Part shown: positions 34,996-45,257 of the stretch, piece after piece | Layout: each line of letters starts with the position of its first letter | Position numbering within the stretch: position 1 is the first letter of the stretch | Virus record (IMG/VR): IMGVR_UViG_3300025598_000020 | Length of the DNA: 64,000 bases | Direction: 5' to 3' (one strand) | DNA from: a virus | The notes under the pieces: model-generated | Databases searched by the model: none | The model's input: the letters and a program-made list of their open reading frames with translations, nothing else | Told to the model about the DNA's origin: nothing | Translations under genes and position numbers: made by a program

Positions 34996-36060
34996 TTATG
35001 TATTTGGATATTCCGTAATGGTAGTATTAATGGTGAATGGTCCAGAATTAGCCGTTTCGGTTGACATATCTTCCACACCAACATCAGTTCTTAAATCATC
35101 TGAACCAGTTTCTGATGACAAATCTTCAAATACATCACCGTAAACTGGAGAAACAACAATTTTAGCAAGTTCAATTGGTACAACTTTGTAGTTTAAAAAC
35201 TTTCTGGTTGCTTCTGATGTTTGGCCAATAATATTTTGATTTGAAACAAAATTGCCTGTCAGGTCAGAAAGAACCAAATTGTAGTTTTGATATGAAACTA
35301 CTTTACCAGTTGCTGTTGCAAATGAAGGTGATGTACCTTGATATGCAATTTCACCAATCTTATATTTTCCTGTGCCGACTTCATTCATTTCAAACAGAAC
35401 ATTATGTTCATCATCTATATTATTGTATATATTTGTGATGGATGTTTGAATTAAACCAACATTGTCATTAATGACACCAAAAATAAAACCTTTAACTGTG
35501 AAGTTTAAAGTCCAAATAACCATTCTGGTATCTGAATCTCTATCACCTTCATAAGTTACATCATATGTGGTGTTATTTAGTACAACAGGTACTTCTTTTA
35601 TGATTCCCATTTCTGGAATCATGTTAACTTTTATCGTATAATCTGGTGAAAAATATGGTAAAATATGTTCTATAATTTGATTGCCATCTTCAATATTACG
35701 AACATAAAGATAAAGACTAAAATCAAAGTTATATGGTACTGGTGTATATTGTGAGAGGTATTGTGAACCTGTATATGCAAAGTTCTTTATATTTGTTTGT
35801 TGTTTACGGCTTGCGTCATATGAAATACCGTTCATCTCATATGACATACGTGGCAAAGCCATTTGAATCTTTTTATCAAGGTTTGGATCACCTTGTAGAC
35901 GCATTACATACAATTCTTTTGTTGCATAATCCAATGGAACAATAAATCTTTCTTGTTCTGTTTCATCTGGATTATAACGAATCAACGTAATGTTATCAAA
36001 CAGATTGCCAAAAGCAACTGTTAGTTTACGAATCATTCTATTGTAAGTGGTATTAGACAT
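34996..36060 (-). CDS. gp15: Tail terminator / sheath stabilizer
   Basis: FGNLFDNI, LPRMSYE, PVPYNFDF, QIIEHILPYF. Confidence 0.92.
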   Translation of the reverse strand: MSNTTYNRMIRKLTVAFGNLFDNITLIRYNPDETEQERFIVPLDYATKELYVMRLQGDPNLDKKIQMALPRMSYEMNGISYDASRKQQTNIKNFAYTGSQYLSQYTPVPYNFDFSLYLYVRNIEDGNQIIEHILPYFSPDYTIKVNMIPEMGIIKEVPVVLNNTTYDVTYEGDRDSDTRMVIWTLNFTVKGFIFGVINDNVGLIQTSITNIYNNIDDEHNVLFEMNEVGTGKYKIGEIAYQGTSPSFATATGKVVSYQNYNLVLSDLTGNFVSNQNIIGQTSEATRKFLNYKVVPIELAKIVVSPVYGDVFEDLSSETGSDDLRTDVGVEDMSTETANSGPFTINTTITEYPNT

Positions 36061-36941
36061 TATAAACCACCTATCGGATTAGTCTCAGATGTATTTAATA
36101 TCGCAGAAGCTGAACTACTAATTAAACTATTATCATATGGTTCTTTTACTGCTGGAACTTCTAGAGGATCGTATGTTGTTACAACATAACTTGCTCCACT
36201 TGTGTTACCAATAACTACTTGTCCGTCTGCAAACACACCTGAAATATTGGTTACTGCCATTTGTGATGCAGATGGAACCCAAGATTGAATTGTAGCCACA
36301 GCTGTTGCATTGGCGTAAGTATTATCAGGAGATTGAAATACCAATTCTTGTAAATTGTATGTTCCCGAACCAGTACCAGTATTCAAATGTATTGTGTAAG
36401 CCGAATCATATACAACAATGTCAATGTCCGGTATACCAGTAGAAATAACTTCTTGTGAGTATTTGAATTTCTCTAAATCCAATTCATAAAAATAAGGCAA
36501 TTTTCTACCCAATTGAAAAAAGTCTTTTGTTTGATTGGTGAATTTAATCTCATAAAGTTCACCTTGGCCATTCAAAATTGGAATATAGATTAAATCACCT
36601 TCACGTGGTCTTGTGAATGTATTTTGTGGTACTCTTTGACTGAAAGTTCTTTTAGAAACAATCACTGAAACTTGATTGCGAATTTCCAAACCAAACTTGG
36701 TAAACATTTCTCTGTCGCCATTATATTCTGTGGCATTAGAAAGATACATTTCCAACGGAAAAGCGGTATTAAATTTCTTAACCGGATCTTCACCATAAAG
36801 AAGGTCACGAGCTGCATCGTTATCATTAGGAAGATAATAAGCATTAAAACCCATAATTTTTATGGATTCTACAATTAAGTCTTCAATGATTTTTTGGTCT
36901 GGTCTAGACCCATAAAGATTAAAATATTGACTTGTTGCCAT
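36060..36941 (-). CDS. gp14: Neck protein
   Basis: LYGEDP, KFGLEIR, RPREGDLIY. Confidence 0.92.
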   Translation of the reverse strand: MATSQYFNLYGSRPDQKIIEDLIVESIKIMGFNAYYLPNDNDAARDLLYGEDPVKKFNTAFPLEMYLSNATEYNGDREMFTKFGLEIRNQVSVIVSKRTFSQRVPQNTFTRPREGDLIYIPILNGQGELYEIKFTNQTKDFFQLGRKLPYFYELDLEKFKYSQEVISTGIPDIDIVVYDSAYTIHLNTGTGSGTYNLQELVFQSPDNTYANATAVATIQSWVPSASQMAVTNISGVFADGQVVIGNTSGASYVVTTYDPLEVPAVKEPYDNSLISSSASAILNTSETNPIGGL

Positions 36942-36942
36942 G

Positions 36943-37725
36943 TTAGTTCAAGAACCATTCTAGCGGACCGCCATAGTTTTCAATCATGTCTTTCTCTAAT
37001 CTGGCAATTTCTTCCATAGCTTCATCATAAGTTTCTTTGCCATTTAATGTGACACCACCAGGTAGTTGTAGTCCACCAAATTTTTTCATGTTCTCACCCC
37101 AAGTTCTCTTAATGAGTGCTGTGGCATATTCTTTTAACCAACGGTCATTCCATACATTTGGATACTCATTCGGATCAATTGCACCATAACATTCTGATAC
37201 AACAACTTGACCCACACCTACTTCGTAACCACTACCCCAAGCCCAATCAATATACAGTCTCTGCATATTACGTACAAAACGAATAGGAACTTCACCAGTG
37301 AACTGTAGTTCCAAAGAACGTAAGTGTTGTTGAGTTAATGTGTAATTGATGTAGGACGCAGAAGTAAAGTCATACAACTCATTTAGACGCAATTGGTATC
37401 TCAAGTCAAACATATTTATAGTTGCTTGAGAATCAGTCAAAGGAAAAATACGGGTGATACCAAGAATACTTACATTGTTACCGTTTGCATCTGTAGCTTG
37501 AGATGCATCCAGATATTGGTGAGCAATGTCATCTGCGGTAACATAGTGAATCCAGTAGAATTTTTGTGCACCATCAAAGTGGTAGTCTTGCCAGTATTGA
37601 ATAGCATCATCAATACGGTCGGATACTTGGTCTTCATCTACGTTGATATCAATGACAGGCGCACCCAGTCTACGTAAACAATAATTTGTAAAGTCTTGTC
37701 TATTTAAAATTGGTGCTGAAGCCAT
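36943..37725 (-). CDS. gp13: Neck protein
   Basis: CLRRLGAPVIDINV, WLKEYATAL, LPGGVTLNG. Confidence 0.94.
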   Translation of the reverse strand: MASAPILNRQDFTNYCLRRLGAPVIDINVDEDQVSDRIDDAIQYWQDYHFDGAQKFYWIHYVTADDIAHQYLDASQATDANGNNVSILGITRIFPLTDSQATINMFDLRYQLRLNELYDFTSASYINYTLTQQHLRSLELQFTGEVPIRFVRNMQRLYIDWAWGSGYEVGVGQVVVSECYGAIDPNEYPNVWNDRWLKEYATALIKRTWGENMKKFGGLQLPGGVTLNGKETYDEAMEEIARLEKDMIENYGGPLEWFLN

Positions 37726-37757
37726 GCAAAAATCTCCTGTTATTCCCTATTTATCTA

Positions 37758-39026
37758 TTAGATTTTTAGGGGACCAGGAAACCTCTCTCCTCCATCTTTT
37801 ACAGCAACCAACCACGCACTTGTGACACACACATTTAGACTTTTCAACCAATCATTTGGAAAGTGTGTTTCTCTACGATATTCTTGGAATCTAATAGATT
37901 TATTATCTATAAAACCAGCCAAATATGCATCTGTGTAATACAAGAAACTGTTTTCATTCCAATAACTTACATGAGTTGGGTCTTGAAAAGCACCACGACC
38001 ATCGGTACTCGGTACTTCAATAAATGCCCAACCACCATGTGCCAATACCCTATGTATCTCACCCATAATCTTAGTCTTGTCGTGCAAGTGTTCTAAGATA
38101 TGACTTGCATTTAATACACCAACTGAATTGTCTGGTAAAGGAATACCATTGTTTAAGTCACAAACATAATCAGCAGTATCTCTAAGGTCAACTGTTGTAT
38201 AACCTTCATATGGATTTAACCCACCACCAATGTCTACACACAATAAACCTTTATCTTTGGCATCTTTTTCTGCCAGAACTCTCGCATATTGTCTTTGTAA
38301 CTCTACAGTTTTGACTTGAATGGCTTCATTTCGTTCAAGGAAAGTATTATCTCCCGTGATTCGATATATGTATAAGACTTTTGGTACACGAACCATCTTT
38401 GTGTGTATGTAGGTTCTGATACACAATTCATGGTCATCACAGATAGAAAGTTCTGAATTGTGACCACCAATTTCTTCATATACAGTTTTACGCCAAGAAC
38501 GAACGTGGTCTGGTGCAAACCAAATGTATTGTAATGCTTGACTTGTTGGTTCAAAACTTTTCATTGCATGAAGTTCTTGACCTTTCCAGTTGAACATTTC
38601 AAATGTCCATCCGTTACCTTCATCATATGGTACAAACTCATTCTTCATGTGAAGAACTGCATTGTCACTATAAACAAAACCAACTGTATCGTCTTGGTAA
38701 GCTTTGTTCAATTCTTCTAAACAATCTGGTGTGATTAAGTCATCATGGTCCATTTCAACCAGAACATCGCCTGTGGCCAATGCAAATGCAACTCTCTTTA
38801 CTGCACCAACATTACTGTTTTTATCTTCTGTTCTAAAGATTTTAACTTGCCAGTCATCTTTTATAATGTCTGGAATGTTTTCGATAACACAATTGTTATT
38901 TAAGAATAATACCCATTCCCAGTTTTCATATGTTTGATTTCTAATAGAATCATAAAGTTCTAATAAAAACTTAATATTGTTTGGATTATGTTCGGGTGTT
39001 ATTAAACTAAACTTCAAATTTTTCAT
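37758..39026 (-). CDS. GT2 glycosyltransferase fused to a SAM methyltransferase
   Basis: FSLITP, NQTYENWEW, MDHDD; C-terminal VDIGGG, HILEHL, RVLAHGG. Confidence 0.85.
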   Translation of the reverse strand: MKNLKFSLITPEHNPNNIKFLLELYDSIRNQTYENWEWVLFLNNNCVIENIPDIIKDDWQVKIFRTEDKNSNVGAVKRVAFALATGDVLVEMDHDDLITPDCLEELNKAYQDDTVGFVYSDNAVLHMKNEFVPYDEGNGWTFEMFNWKGQELHAMKSFEPTSQALQYIWFAPDHVRSWRKTVYEEIGGHNSELSICDDHELCIRTYIHTKMVRVPKVLYIYRITGDNTFLERNEAIQVKTVELQRQYARVLAEKDAKDKGLLCVDIGGGLNPYEGYTTVDLRDTADYVCDLNNGIPLPDNSVGVLNASHILEHLHDKTKIMGEIHRVLAHGGWAFIEVPSTDGRGAFQDPTHVSYWNENSFLYYTDAYLAGFIDNKSIRFQEYRRETHFPNDWLKSLNVCVTSAWLVAVKDGGERFPGPLKI

Positions 39027-39030
39027 AATA

Positions 39031-40704
39031 TTAATCAAAGAAGAACAAGTGTGTTAATCTACCAGTTTCATTATCTTGGCCAAAGTAATTGCCTGCCGAA
39101 TGAATGCTTTGTGCATCCATAATCACAAGTCTATTATATAAATTGCCTGCATCGGCAATAGTTTCAAACTTGGATGCATCATAGAAACCTCCTGCAAATG
39201 CACCTTCTATGTCATCATCACTCATGTGCATAGTTCCGTTTAACCTGGACCGATGCAGTCTTGTTCCTGAATCTACTGGTGCATTGGGTGTTAGATAAAT
39301 CATTGCCGCCCACTTTTGCAAGTCATGGTGGTAAACCTGTGGGTCTTCTGCCGTTACAATTTGAAAACAACCATTATGTCCGTGTTCTTCCCAATTGTTA
39401 ATCTTTTCACCAATAATAGATTCAAATGCTTCTTTTATGCCATCAAATCTAAATGGACCTGAGCGTTGTCCTTTATAATACTGAATATCTCTTTTGTATT
39501 CAGCTTGAAGTGCAATTTGTCTTACTTCATCTGGATTAGTATAAAAGTTGTCAACAACAAATAGTTTCTTTTTCATGTTCACATTTACATAAGATATTTT
39601 AGGTGGGTTCAATTTGTCTAACGCATAATTATGTAGGTCTTGTATTCTGGTGCCACCATCATGGTACATTGAACGGTCTATCATAACAACATATCTTGGA
39701 AATGCACAAGTTCTTTCCGGCTGAATCATGATTGATGTATACTTTAACATACTTTCATAATCACCCAACTCATTATATGTGTGTGCTAAACCCCACCAGT
39801 GGTCATTTCTTCCTGTGGCAAATCTGTCTGCATCAAGAAATGTTTGTATTGCTTCATCAACATCACCAATAAATTTCAAACATTCGGCCGAAAATATCTT
39901 GGCCATGTAACACATTTCATCTTCACCTTGTACATTTCTATGGAATACGTATTCGTTGAAATAGTAAATACAACGTCTGGCAAACTCTTTTCTTTGTGTT
40001 TCACCTAATGGAAATGAATGTTCTTGATATGCATCAAAGTAACTTTTACCAATGTACCAAAAATGATACCAATCGGTTAGTATAGAGTTTTCTTTAATCA
40101 TCTTTTCTTCTAAGATGAGTGCATCAGAAATAAATTTGGTTGGATTTGACCAACTCTGGCCTTCATTGAAACCAATTTGTCTGATTGTTAATGGTAAATC
40201 TACACGTTGAAAGTTTTCACCTGTGACGCCATCATCAAGATAGATTGTTTCGTGGCACGGATCATGGTTGAAACGCCATTTCAATTTGGCATTCCACATC
40301 CATGCACGATAATAAACACTTGAACCTGCTACTGCTGGTATATGAAATGATTGTATTGAAGTATCATCAAGTAAGGACCAATCAAAGTCATCATCGATTT
40401 CTAAGACTTCATCACAATCCATCTTAAGAATCCAATCACAACCGTGTTCAATATTTTGTGTATATTGAATTAAGTGGTCACGATTCCAACCAAAGCCAAC
40501 CCATCCTTCTTCTACATCGTAAAGAACACCTGGTATTTGTTTTTCTGTAAAGAAGTCTTTAACAATTTGGTCTGTACCGTCTGTTGAACCGTTGTTTTGT
40601 ATTACGAAATAATCAATATATTTGTAACATGATTCCAACATTCTTCTCATCACCGATGCTTCATTACGAAACATGGTGGTCATAACAATTTTCACCTTCT
40701 TCAT
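39031..40704 (-). CDS. GT2-like glycosyltransferase, TPR-like repeats and C-terminal 2OG-Fe(II) oxygenase-like domain
   Basis: MFRNEA, GSTDGT, MDCDE; C-terminal HHD, IYLTP, YNRLVI, HSA, GRLTHLFFFD. Confidence 0.8.
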   Translation of the reverse strand: MKKVKIVMTTMFRNEASVMRRMLESCYKYIDYFVIQNNGSTDGTDQIVKDFFTEKQIPGVLYDVEEGWVGFGWNRDHLIQYTQNIEHGCDWILKMDCDEVLEIDDDFDWSLLDDTSIQSFHIPAVAGSSVYYRAWMWNAKLKWRFNHDPCHETIYLDDGVTGENFQRVDLPLTIRQIGFNEGQSWSNPTKFISDALILEEKMIKENSILTDWYHFWYIGKSYFDAYQEHSFPLGETQRKEFARRCIYYFNEYVFHRNVQGEDEMCYMAKIFSAECLKFIGDVDEAIQTFLDADRFATGRNDHWWGLAHTYNELGDYESMLKYTSIMIQPERTCAFPRYVVMIDRSMYHDGGTRIQDLHNYALDKLNPPKISYVNVNMKKKLFVVDNFYTNPDEVRQIALQAEYKRDIQYYKGQRSGPFRFDGIKEAFESIIGEKINNWEEHGHNGCFQIVTAEDPQVYHHDLQKWAAMIYLTPNAPVDSGTRLHRSRLNGTMHMSDDDIEGAFAGGFYDASKFETIADAGNLYNRLVIMDAQSIHSAGNYFGQDNETGRLTHLFFFD

Positions 40705-40705
40705 T

Positions 40706-41284
40706 TTATCTCCACTTGGGCCCATCAAACCATGCGGCTATACTGTATCTTTTTCCTTTGGTTACTTTGCCTGCCTTGTGTCTTAACATTGAAGGAAAGA
40801 ATATAGCAGTTCCTTGTTCTCTGACATCTGGGTCAAGTGATTGAGTTGCTTCTGTGATAGTAAAATCTCCACCCTCATAATCAATATTTGGGTTAGATAA
40901 CTGAATGACACAGGATAATTTTCTGTGATAATCTGGATCATTATTCAACCAAAATACATCGTGGTGTTCTTTATATTCACCTTCATATGCTGCATCATAT
41001 TCAGCAAACTGAACAAACTCTAATTTGGAAATGTGAACGTTGAAGAAGTCTCTGTTGGCTTCAATAGCCATTTTCCACAAGTCATCAAACAACCAAGTGA
41101 AATTTGGGTCTTTGTCACTTAGAAATGTGACTCTACTTTTGCGAATAGAAGTATCTACTGCTGTACTGATACCATTAACGCCAACAACGGCATCTTGAGA
41201 TGGTAATTTCAATGCATCATTTATAAGTTTATAACAAGTATTAGCATCATAACGATGCTTAAAATAACACCACTCACCCTTCAT
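40706..41284 (-). CDS. 2OG-Fe(II) oxygenase (prolyl-4-hydroxylase/PKHD-like)
   Basis: HxD (HHD), RKLS, YEGGDF, FPSMLRH, RYSIAAW. Confidence 0.88.
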   Translation of the reverse strand: MKGEWCYFKHRYDANTCYKLINDALKLPSQDAVVGVNGISTAVDTSIRKSRVTFLSDKDPNFTWLFDDLWKMAIEANRDFFNVHISKLEFVQFAEYDAAYEGEYKEHHDVFWLNNDPDYHRKLSCVIQLSNPNIDYEGGDFTITEATQSLDPDVREQGTAIFFPSMLRHKAGKVTKGKRYSIAAWFDGPKWR

Positions 41285-41291
41285 AACAACC

Positions 41292-42596
41292 TCACAATTT
41301 TGAATTCAAATAATCTATTTGTGCCTTTTGCTCTTTCAATGCTTCAATCAAAAGTGGTACAACTCTTTCATACATAACGGTCAAATAATTTTCACCAGAA
41401 ATGCTGTTACCATATTTATCTGTGTCAAAGGGAGCCTTTTCAATGACTTCTGGTAACACATCGTTAATTTCTTGTGCAATCAAACCAACTTCACGTTCGT
41501 TTCCTTGATAACCAAACGACCTAGCCAAATCATTTTTAGTGTAGTAAACACCATTCAATGTCATAACTTTTTCAAGTGCTTGATTGATTTTGTTTATAAT
41601 ATCTTTTAGTCTACCATCAGAATAGTATGCAGTGATATTACCTGTTGCTTGAATTGTACCTGTTGGTCCAGCAGATGTATTAACACCTAAAGCTGAAACT
41701 TGTGTTGGTGCCGGACCAGTTGGGCCTGTTGATCCTTGTGGTCCCTGAGCACCAGTTGGGCCTGGACTGCCAGTGCTACCTGTTGGTCCAGTGGCTCCAG
41801 TTGGACCTGTAGGTCCTGGTGAACCTGTGGGTCCAGTTGGTCCAGGTGCTCCTTGATAACCAGATGGTCCAGTACCACCTTGTGGTCCCTGAGCACCAGG
41901 TGAACCTGTTGTGCCGGTTGAACCTTGTGGTCCCTGAGCACCAGATGTGCCAGCAGGTCCTTGTGTGCCTTGAAATCCAGAAGGTCCAGTAGAACCTTGT
42001 GGTCCTTGTGGTCCTGGATTACCTTGTGCACCGGAAGAACCTTGTGGTCCTTGAGCACCGGGAGAACCAGCTGGACCTTGTGTACCTTGGAAACCAGAAG
42101 GTCCAGTGCTACCCGTAGTTCCTTGTGCACCTGGTGTTCCAGTTGTGCCCGTACTTCCTTGTGGTCCTTGAGCTCCAGTAGAACCTTGAGGTCCTTGTGT
42201 GCCTTGAAATCCAGAAGGTCCTGTACTACCAGTAGAACCTTGAACACCGGCAGGTCCTTGTGCACCGGTTGGACCCTGAGGTCCTTGTGCACCAGACGCA
42301 CCAGTAGGTCCTTGAGTACCTTGAAAACCTGCTGGTCCTGTACTACCAGTAGAACCTTGAACACCCACAGGTCCTTGTGTTCCTGCCGGACCTTGCGGAC
42401 CCTGAGCACCAATAGTGCCAGCTGCACCTTGAGCACCTTGAACTCCTTGTGGTCCTTGTGCACCAACAGTGCCTTGAGGTCCTTGTGGTCCTAAAATGTT
42501 CGTTGTAGAACCAACCCAAACACCATTTGCTGCAACGACTGATGTAGTACCAACAGTCAATCCATTTTTAACTACAAAATTATTTGCTGTTGCCAT
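41292..42596 (-). CDS. Collagen-like fibre protein with C-terminal S74 intramolecular chaperone
   Basis: 87 uninterrupted Gly-X-Y triplets; YYSDGRLK autocleavage motif, GLIAQE. Confidence 0.9.
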   Translation of the reverse strand: MATANNFVVKNGLTVGTTSVVAANGVWVGSTTNILGPQGPQGTVGAQGPQGVQGAQGAAGTIGAQGPQGPAGTQGPVGVQGSTGSTGPAGFQGTQGPTGASGAQGPQGPTGAQGPAGVQGSTGSTGPSGFQGTQGPQGSTGAQGPQGSTGTTGTPGAQGTTGSTGPSGFQGTQGPAGSPGAQGPQGSSGAQGNPGPQGPQGSTGPSGFQGTQGPAGTSGAQGPQGSTGTTGSPGAQGPQGGTGPSGYQGAPGPTGPTGSPGPTGPTGATGPTGSTGSPGPTGAQGPQGSTGPTGPAPTQVSALGVNTSAGPTGTIQATGNITAYYSDGRLKDIINKINQALEKVMTLNGVYYTKNDLARSFGYQGNEREVGLIAQEINDVLPEVIEKAPFDTDKYGNSISGENYLTVMYERVVPLLIEALKEQKAQIDYLNSKL

Positions 42597-43908
42597 TTAC
42601 TTTTTCCATTAATTTTGCAATTGTTTGTTGTTGTTCTTTAATTGCTTCTACAAGAACTGGTATCAATTTGTGATAATGAACTGTTAGATAGTTTTGACCA
42701 GATTTACTTTTTCCATTCTCATCTACGTCAAAAGGAGCTGGTACAACAATTTCAGGTATATGTGTTTGAATTTGTTGAGCTATAACACCAACATGTCTTG
42801 TTAAATCTCTTTTGTAACCAAATTTTTCTGCATGTCTATTTTGACTAAAATAAATTCCACTCAAAGACATAACTTTTTCCAATGCACCATCAATATTGCC
42901 AATAATATCTTTCAGTCTTCTATCTGAATAATAAGCAATAATGTTACCTGATGCTTGAATCGAACCTGTTGGTCCTGCTGGTGCAGAACCTACACCAAGA
43001 GCGGATATGTTTGGTGTAGATGTTGTTGTTACACTTCCAGTTGCACCGGTTGGTCCAGTACTACCAGTGGGTCCTTGTGCGCCTGATGGTCCTGTAGGAC
43101 CAGTAGAACCTTGTACACCTGAAGGACCAGGTGATCCAGTAGGTCCAGTGGAACCTTGTGCACCACTACCACCTTGTGGTCCTTGAAATCCTGATGGACC
43201 TGTACCTCCGGTTGAGCCGGTTGAACCTTGTACACCGGCTGGTCCTGGACTACCAGTTGACCCTGTTGTTCCTGTTACACCAGTTGTTCCTTGTGGTCCT
43301 TGGAAACCAGAAGGTCCTGTGCCGCCTGTGGCACCAGTTGATCCTTGAACACCAGCAGGTCCTGTACCTCCAGTTGCGCCTGTTGTACCTGTTGTGCCAG
43401 TTGGTCCTTGTGGACCTTGAAAGCCAGAAGGTCCGGTACTACCTGCACTACCTTGAACACCTTGAAAACCAGCAGGTCCGGTACTTCCCGTAACACCTGT
43501 TGTTCCTGTTGCACCTGTTGGTCCTTGTGGACCTTGGAAACCAGATGGACCTGTTGGTCCTTGAGTACCTTGAAATCCAGAAACACCTGTTGTTCCAGTG
43601 CTACCTGTAGTACCTTGAACACCTGAAGCGCCAGTTGGCCCCTGAGGACCTTGGAAACCAGATGGACCTGTTGGTCCTTGAGTACCTTGAGCACCAGGTG
43701 AACCTTGTGCACCTGAACTTCCTGGTGTTCCATTTGTTCCTTGCACACCGGCCGCGCCTTGAACTCCTTGTGGTCCTTGTGCACCTGGACTTCCTGTTGG
43801 TCCAGTATAAGAAGATGCTGCTGAAATCCAGACACCATTGGCTGCAATAACTGGAGTTGTACCTACAGTTAGTCCATTCTTAGCGACAAAATTATTTGCT
43901 GTTGCCAT
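42580..43908 (-). CDS. Collagen-like fibre protein with C-terminal S74 chaperone
   Basis: 86 Gly-X-Y triplets; [14 protein letters not shown]. Confidence 0.9.
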   Translation of the reverse strand: MATANNFVAKNGLTVGTTPVIAANGVWISAASSYTGPTGSPGAQGPQGVQGAAGVQGTNGTPGSSGAQGSPGAQGTQGPTGPSGFQGPQGPTGASGVQGTTGSTGTTGVSGFQGTQGPTGPSGFQGPQGPTGATGTTGVTGSTGPAGFQGVQGSAGSTGPSGFQGPQGPTGTTGTTGATGGTGPAGVQGSTGATGGTGPSGFQGPQGTTGVTGTTGSTGSPGPAGVQGSTGSTGGTGPSGFQGPQGGSGAQGSTGPTGSPGPSGVQGSTGPTGPSGAQGPTGSTGPTGATGSVTTTSTPNISALGVGSAPAGPTGSIQASGNIIAYYSDRRLKDIIGNIDGALEKVMSLSGIYFSQNRHAEKFGYKRDLTRHVGVIAQQIQTHIPEIVVPAPFDVDENGKSKSGQNYLTVHYHKLIPVLVEAIKEQQQTIAKLMEKVNGNSK

Positions 43909-43909
43909 C

Positions 43910-45220
43910 TTACTTTAGTCTCTCTTCCAGAGATTCTATTTCTCTTTGTTGTTCTTTGATTGTCTCTATGATTAAAGGAATTAATAATTCATATTGTACT
44001 GTTAGGTAGTATTCTCCAGATTTGCTGCCGTCTTTTCCATCATTGTCAAATGGTGCACGTTTAATTACTTCAGGTAAAACTTTATGTACCTCTTGTGCAA
44101 TCACACCAACATAATTTTTATCATCGGTGTACCCATATTTTTTTGCAAGTTCATTATTTTTATAAATGATACCACTTAATGTGTATAATTTTTCAGCAGC
44201 ATTATTGATTGTTTCAATGTTATCTTTTAATCTTATGTCTGAGAAATATGCCGTGATGTTATTTGTTGCAACAATTTGGCCTGTTGTTGTTACTGCAGCA
44301 GTACCAACACCCAAATATGTGGCTGTTGTGCCTAATGTTCCGCTAGGGCCAGTTGCACCTTGATATCCTGATGGTCCTGTGCCGCCAGCTGGACCTTGTG
44401 CGCCTGGTGAACCTGTTGGTCCTCCACCACCCTGAGCACCAGGTGAACCTGTTGGTCCTGTAGGTCCTTGTGCACCTGTTGGTCCAGGAGAGCCAGTAGA
44501 ACCTTGTCTGCCAGCTGGTCCGGGAGAACCAGTTGGTCCTTGAGTGCCTTGATAACCGGATGGTCCAGTAGGACCTTGAACACCTTGGAAACCAGATGGT
44601 CCAGGAGAACCAGTAGAACCTTGTTGACCTGCTGGTCCAGGAGTTCCAGTTGGTCCAGGTGGTCCTTGATAACCTGATGGTCCAGTGGAACCTTGAACAC
44701 CTTGAACACCAGAAGGTCCAGTGGAACCTGTTGGTCCTTGAAAGCCTGATGGACCTTGTGCGCCTGCTGGTCCCGGAGCACCTTGTCTGCCAGCCGAACC
44801 TTGAGTGCCTTGAGCACCTTGAACACCTGCGGGACCAGTACTACCTGTTGGACCTTGAGCACCTGGTGTTCCTGTAGGTCCTTGAGCACCTTGAGCACCT
44901 TGGAAACCAGATGGTCCAGTAGAACCTTGAGCACCTTGTACGCCAGAAGGTCCAGGTGAACCTGTTGGTCCTTGAGCACCTGATGTACCTGTGGAACCTT
45001 GAGCACCAGGAGAACCTTGACTTCCTTGTGGACCGTTAGACCCTAATGTACCTTGTACACCTTGAGGACCCTGAGCTCCTTGTGCACCAGAAGTACCAGT
45101 AAATCCTTGTGGCCCAGTAATATTAGTACCAGGTCCAGTCCATTGTCCGGAAGAATTGATGACATTTGTAGTATTTACGGTTAAACCGTTCTTAACTACA
45201 AAATTAATTTGAGTTGCCAT
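43910..45220 (-). CDS. Collagen-like fibre protein with C-terminal S74 chaperone
   Basis: 88 Gly-X-Y triplets; [14 protein letters not shown]. Confidence 0.9.
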   Translation of the reverse strand: MATQINFVVKNGLTVNTTNVINSSGQWTGPGTNITGPQGFTGTSGAQGAQGPQGVQGTLGSNGPQGSQGSPGAQGSTGTSGAQGPTGSPGPSGVQGAQGSTGPSGFQGAQGAQGPTGTPGAQGPTGSTGPAGVQGAQGTQGSAGRQGAPGPAGAQGPSGFQGPTGSTGPSGVQGVQGSTGPSGYQGPPGPTGTPGPAGQQGSTGSPGPSGFQGVQGPTGPSGYQGTQGPTGSPGPAGRQGSTGSPGPTGAQGPTGPTGSPGAQGGGGPTGSPGAQGPAGGTGPSGYQGATGPSGTLGTTATYLGVGTAAVTTTGQIVATNNITAYFSDIRLKDNIETINNAAEKLYTLSGIIYKNNELAKKYGYTDDKNYVGVIAQEVHKVLPEVIKRAPFDNDGKDGSKSGEYYLTVQYELLIPLIIETIKEQQREIESLEERLK

Positions 45221-45257
45221 TAAGGTTCACTATCCCCTTTTTATTATAATCTATTTA

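Noticed and set aside
41687-45006. Long alternate-frame ORFs ([12 protein letters not shown] repeats) over the collagen genes
   Set aside because: Expected stop-free shadows of Gly-X-Y codon repeats
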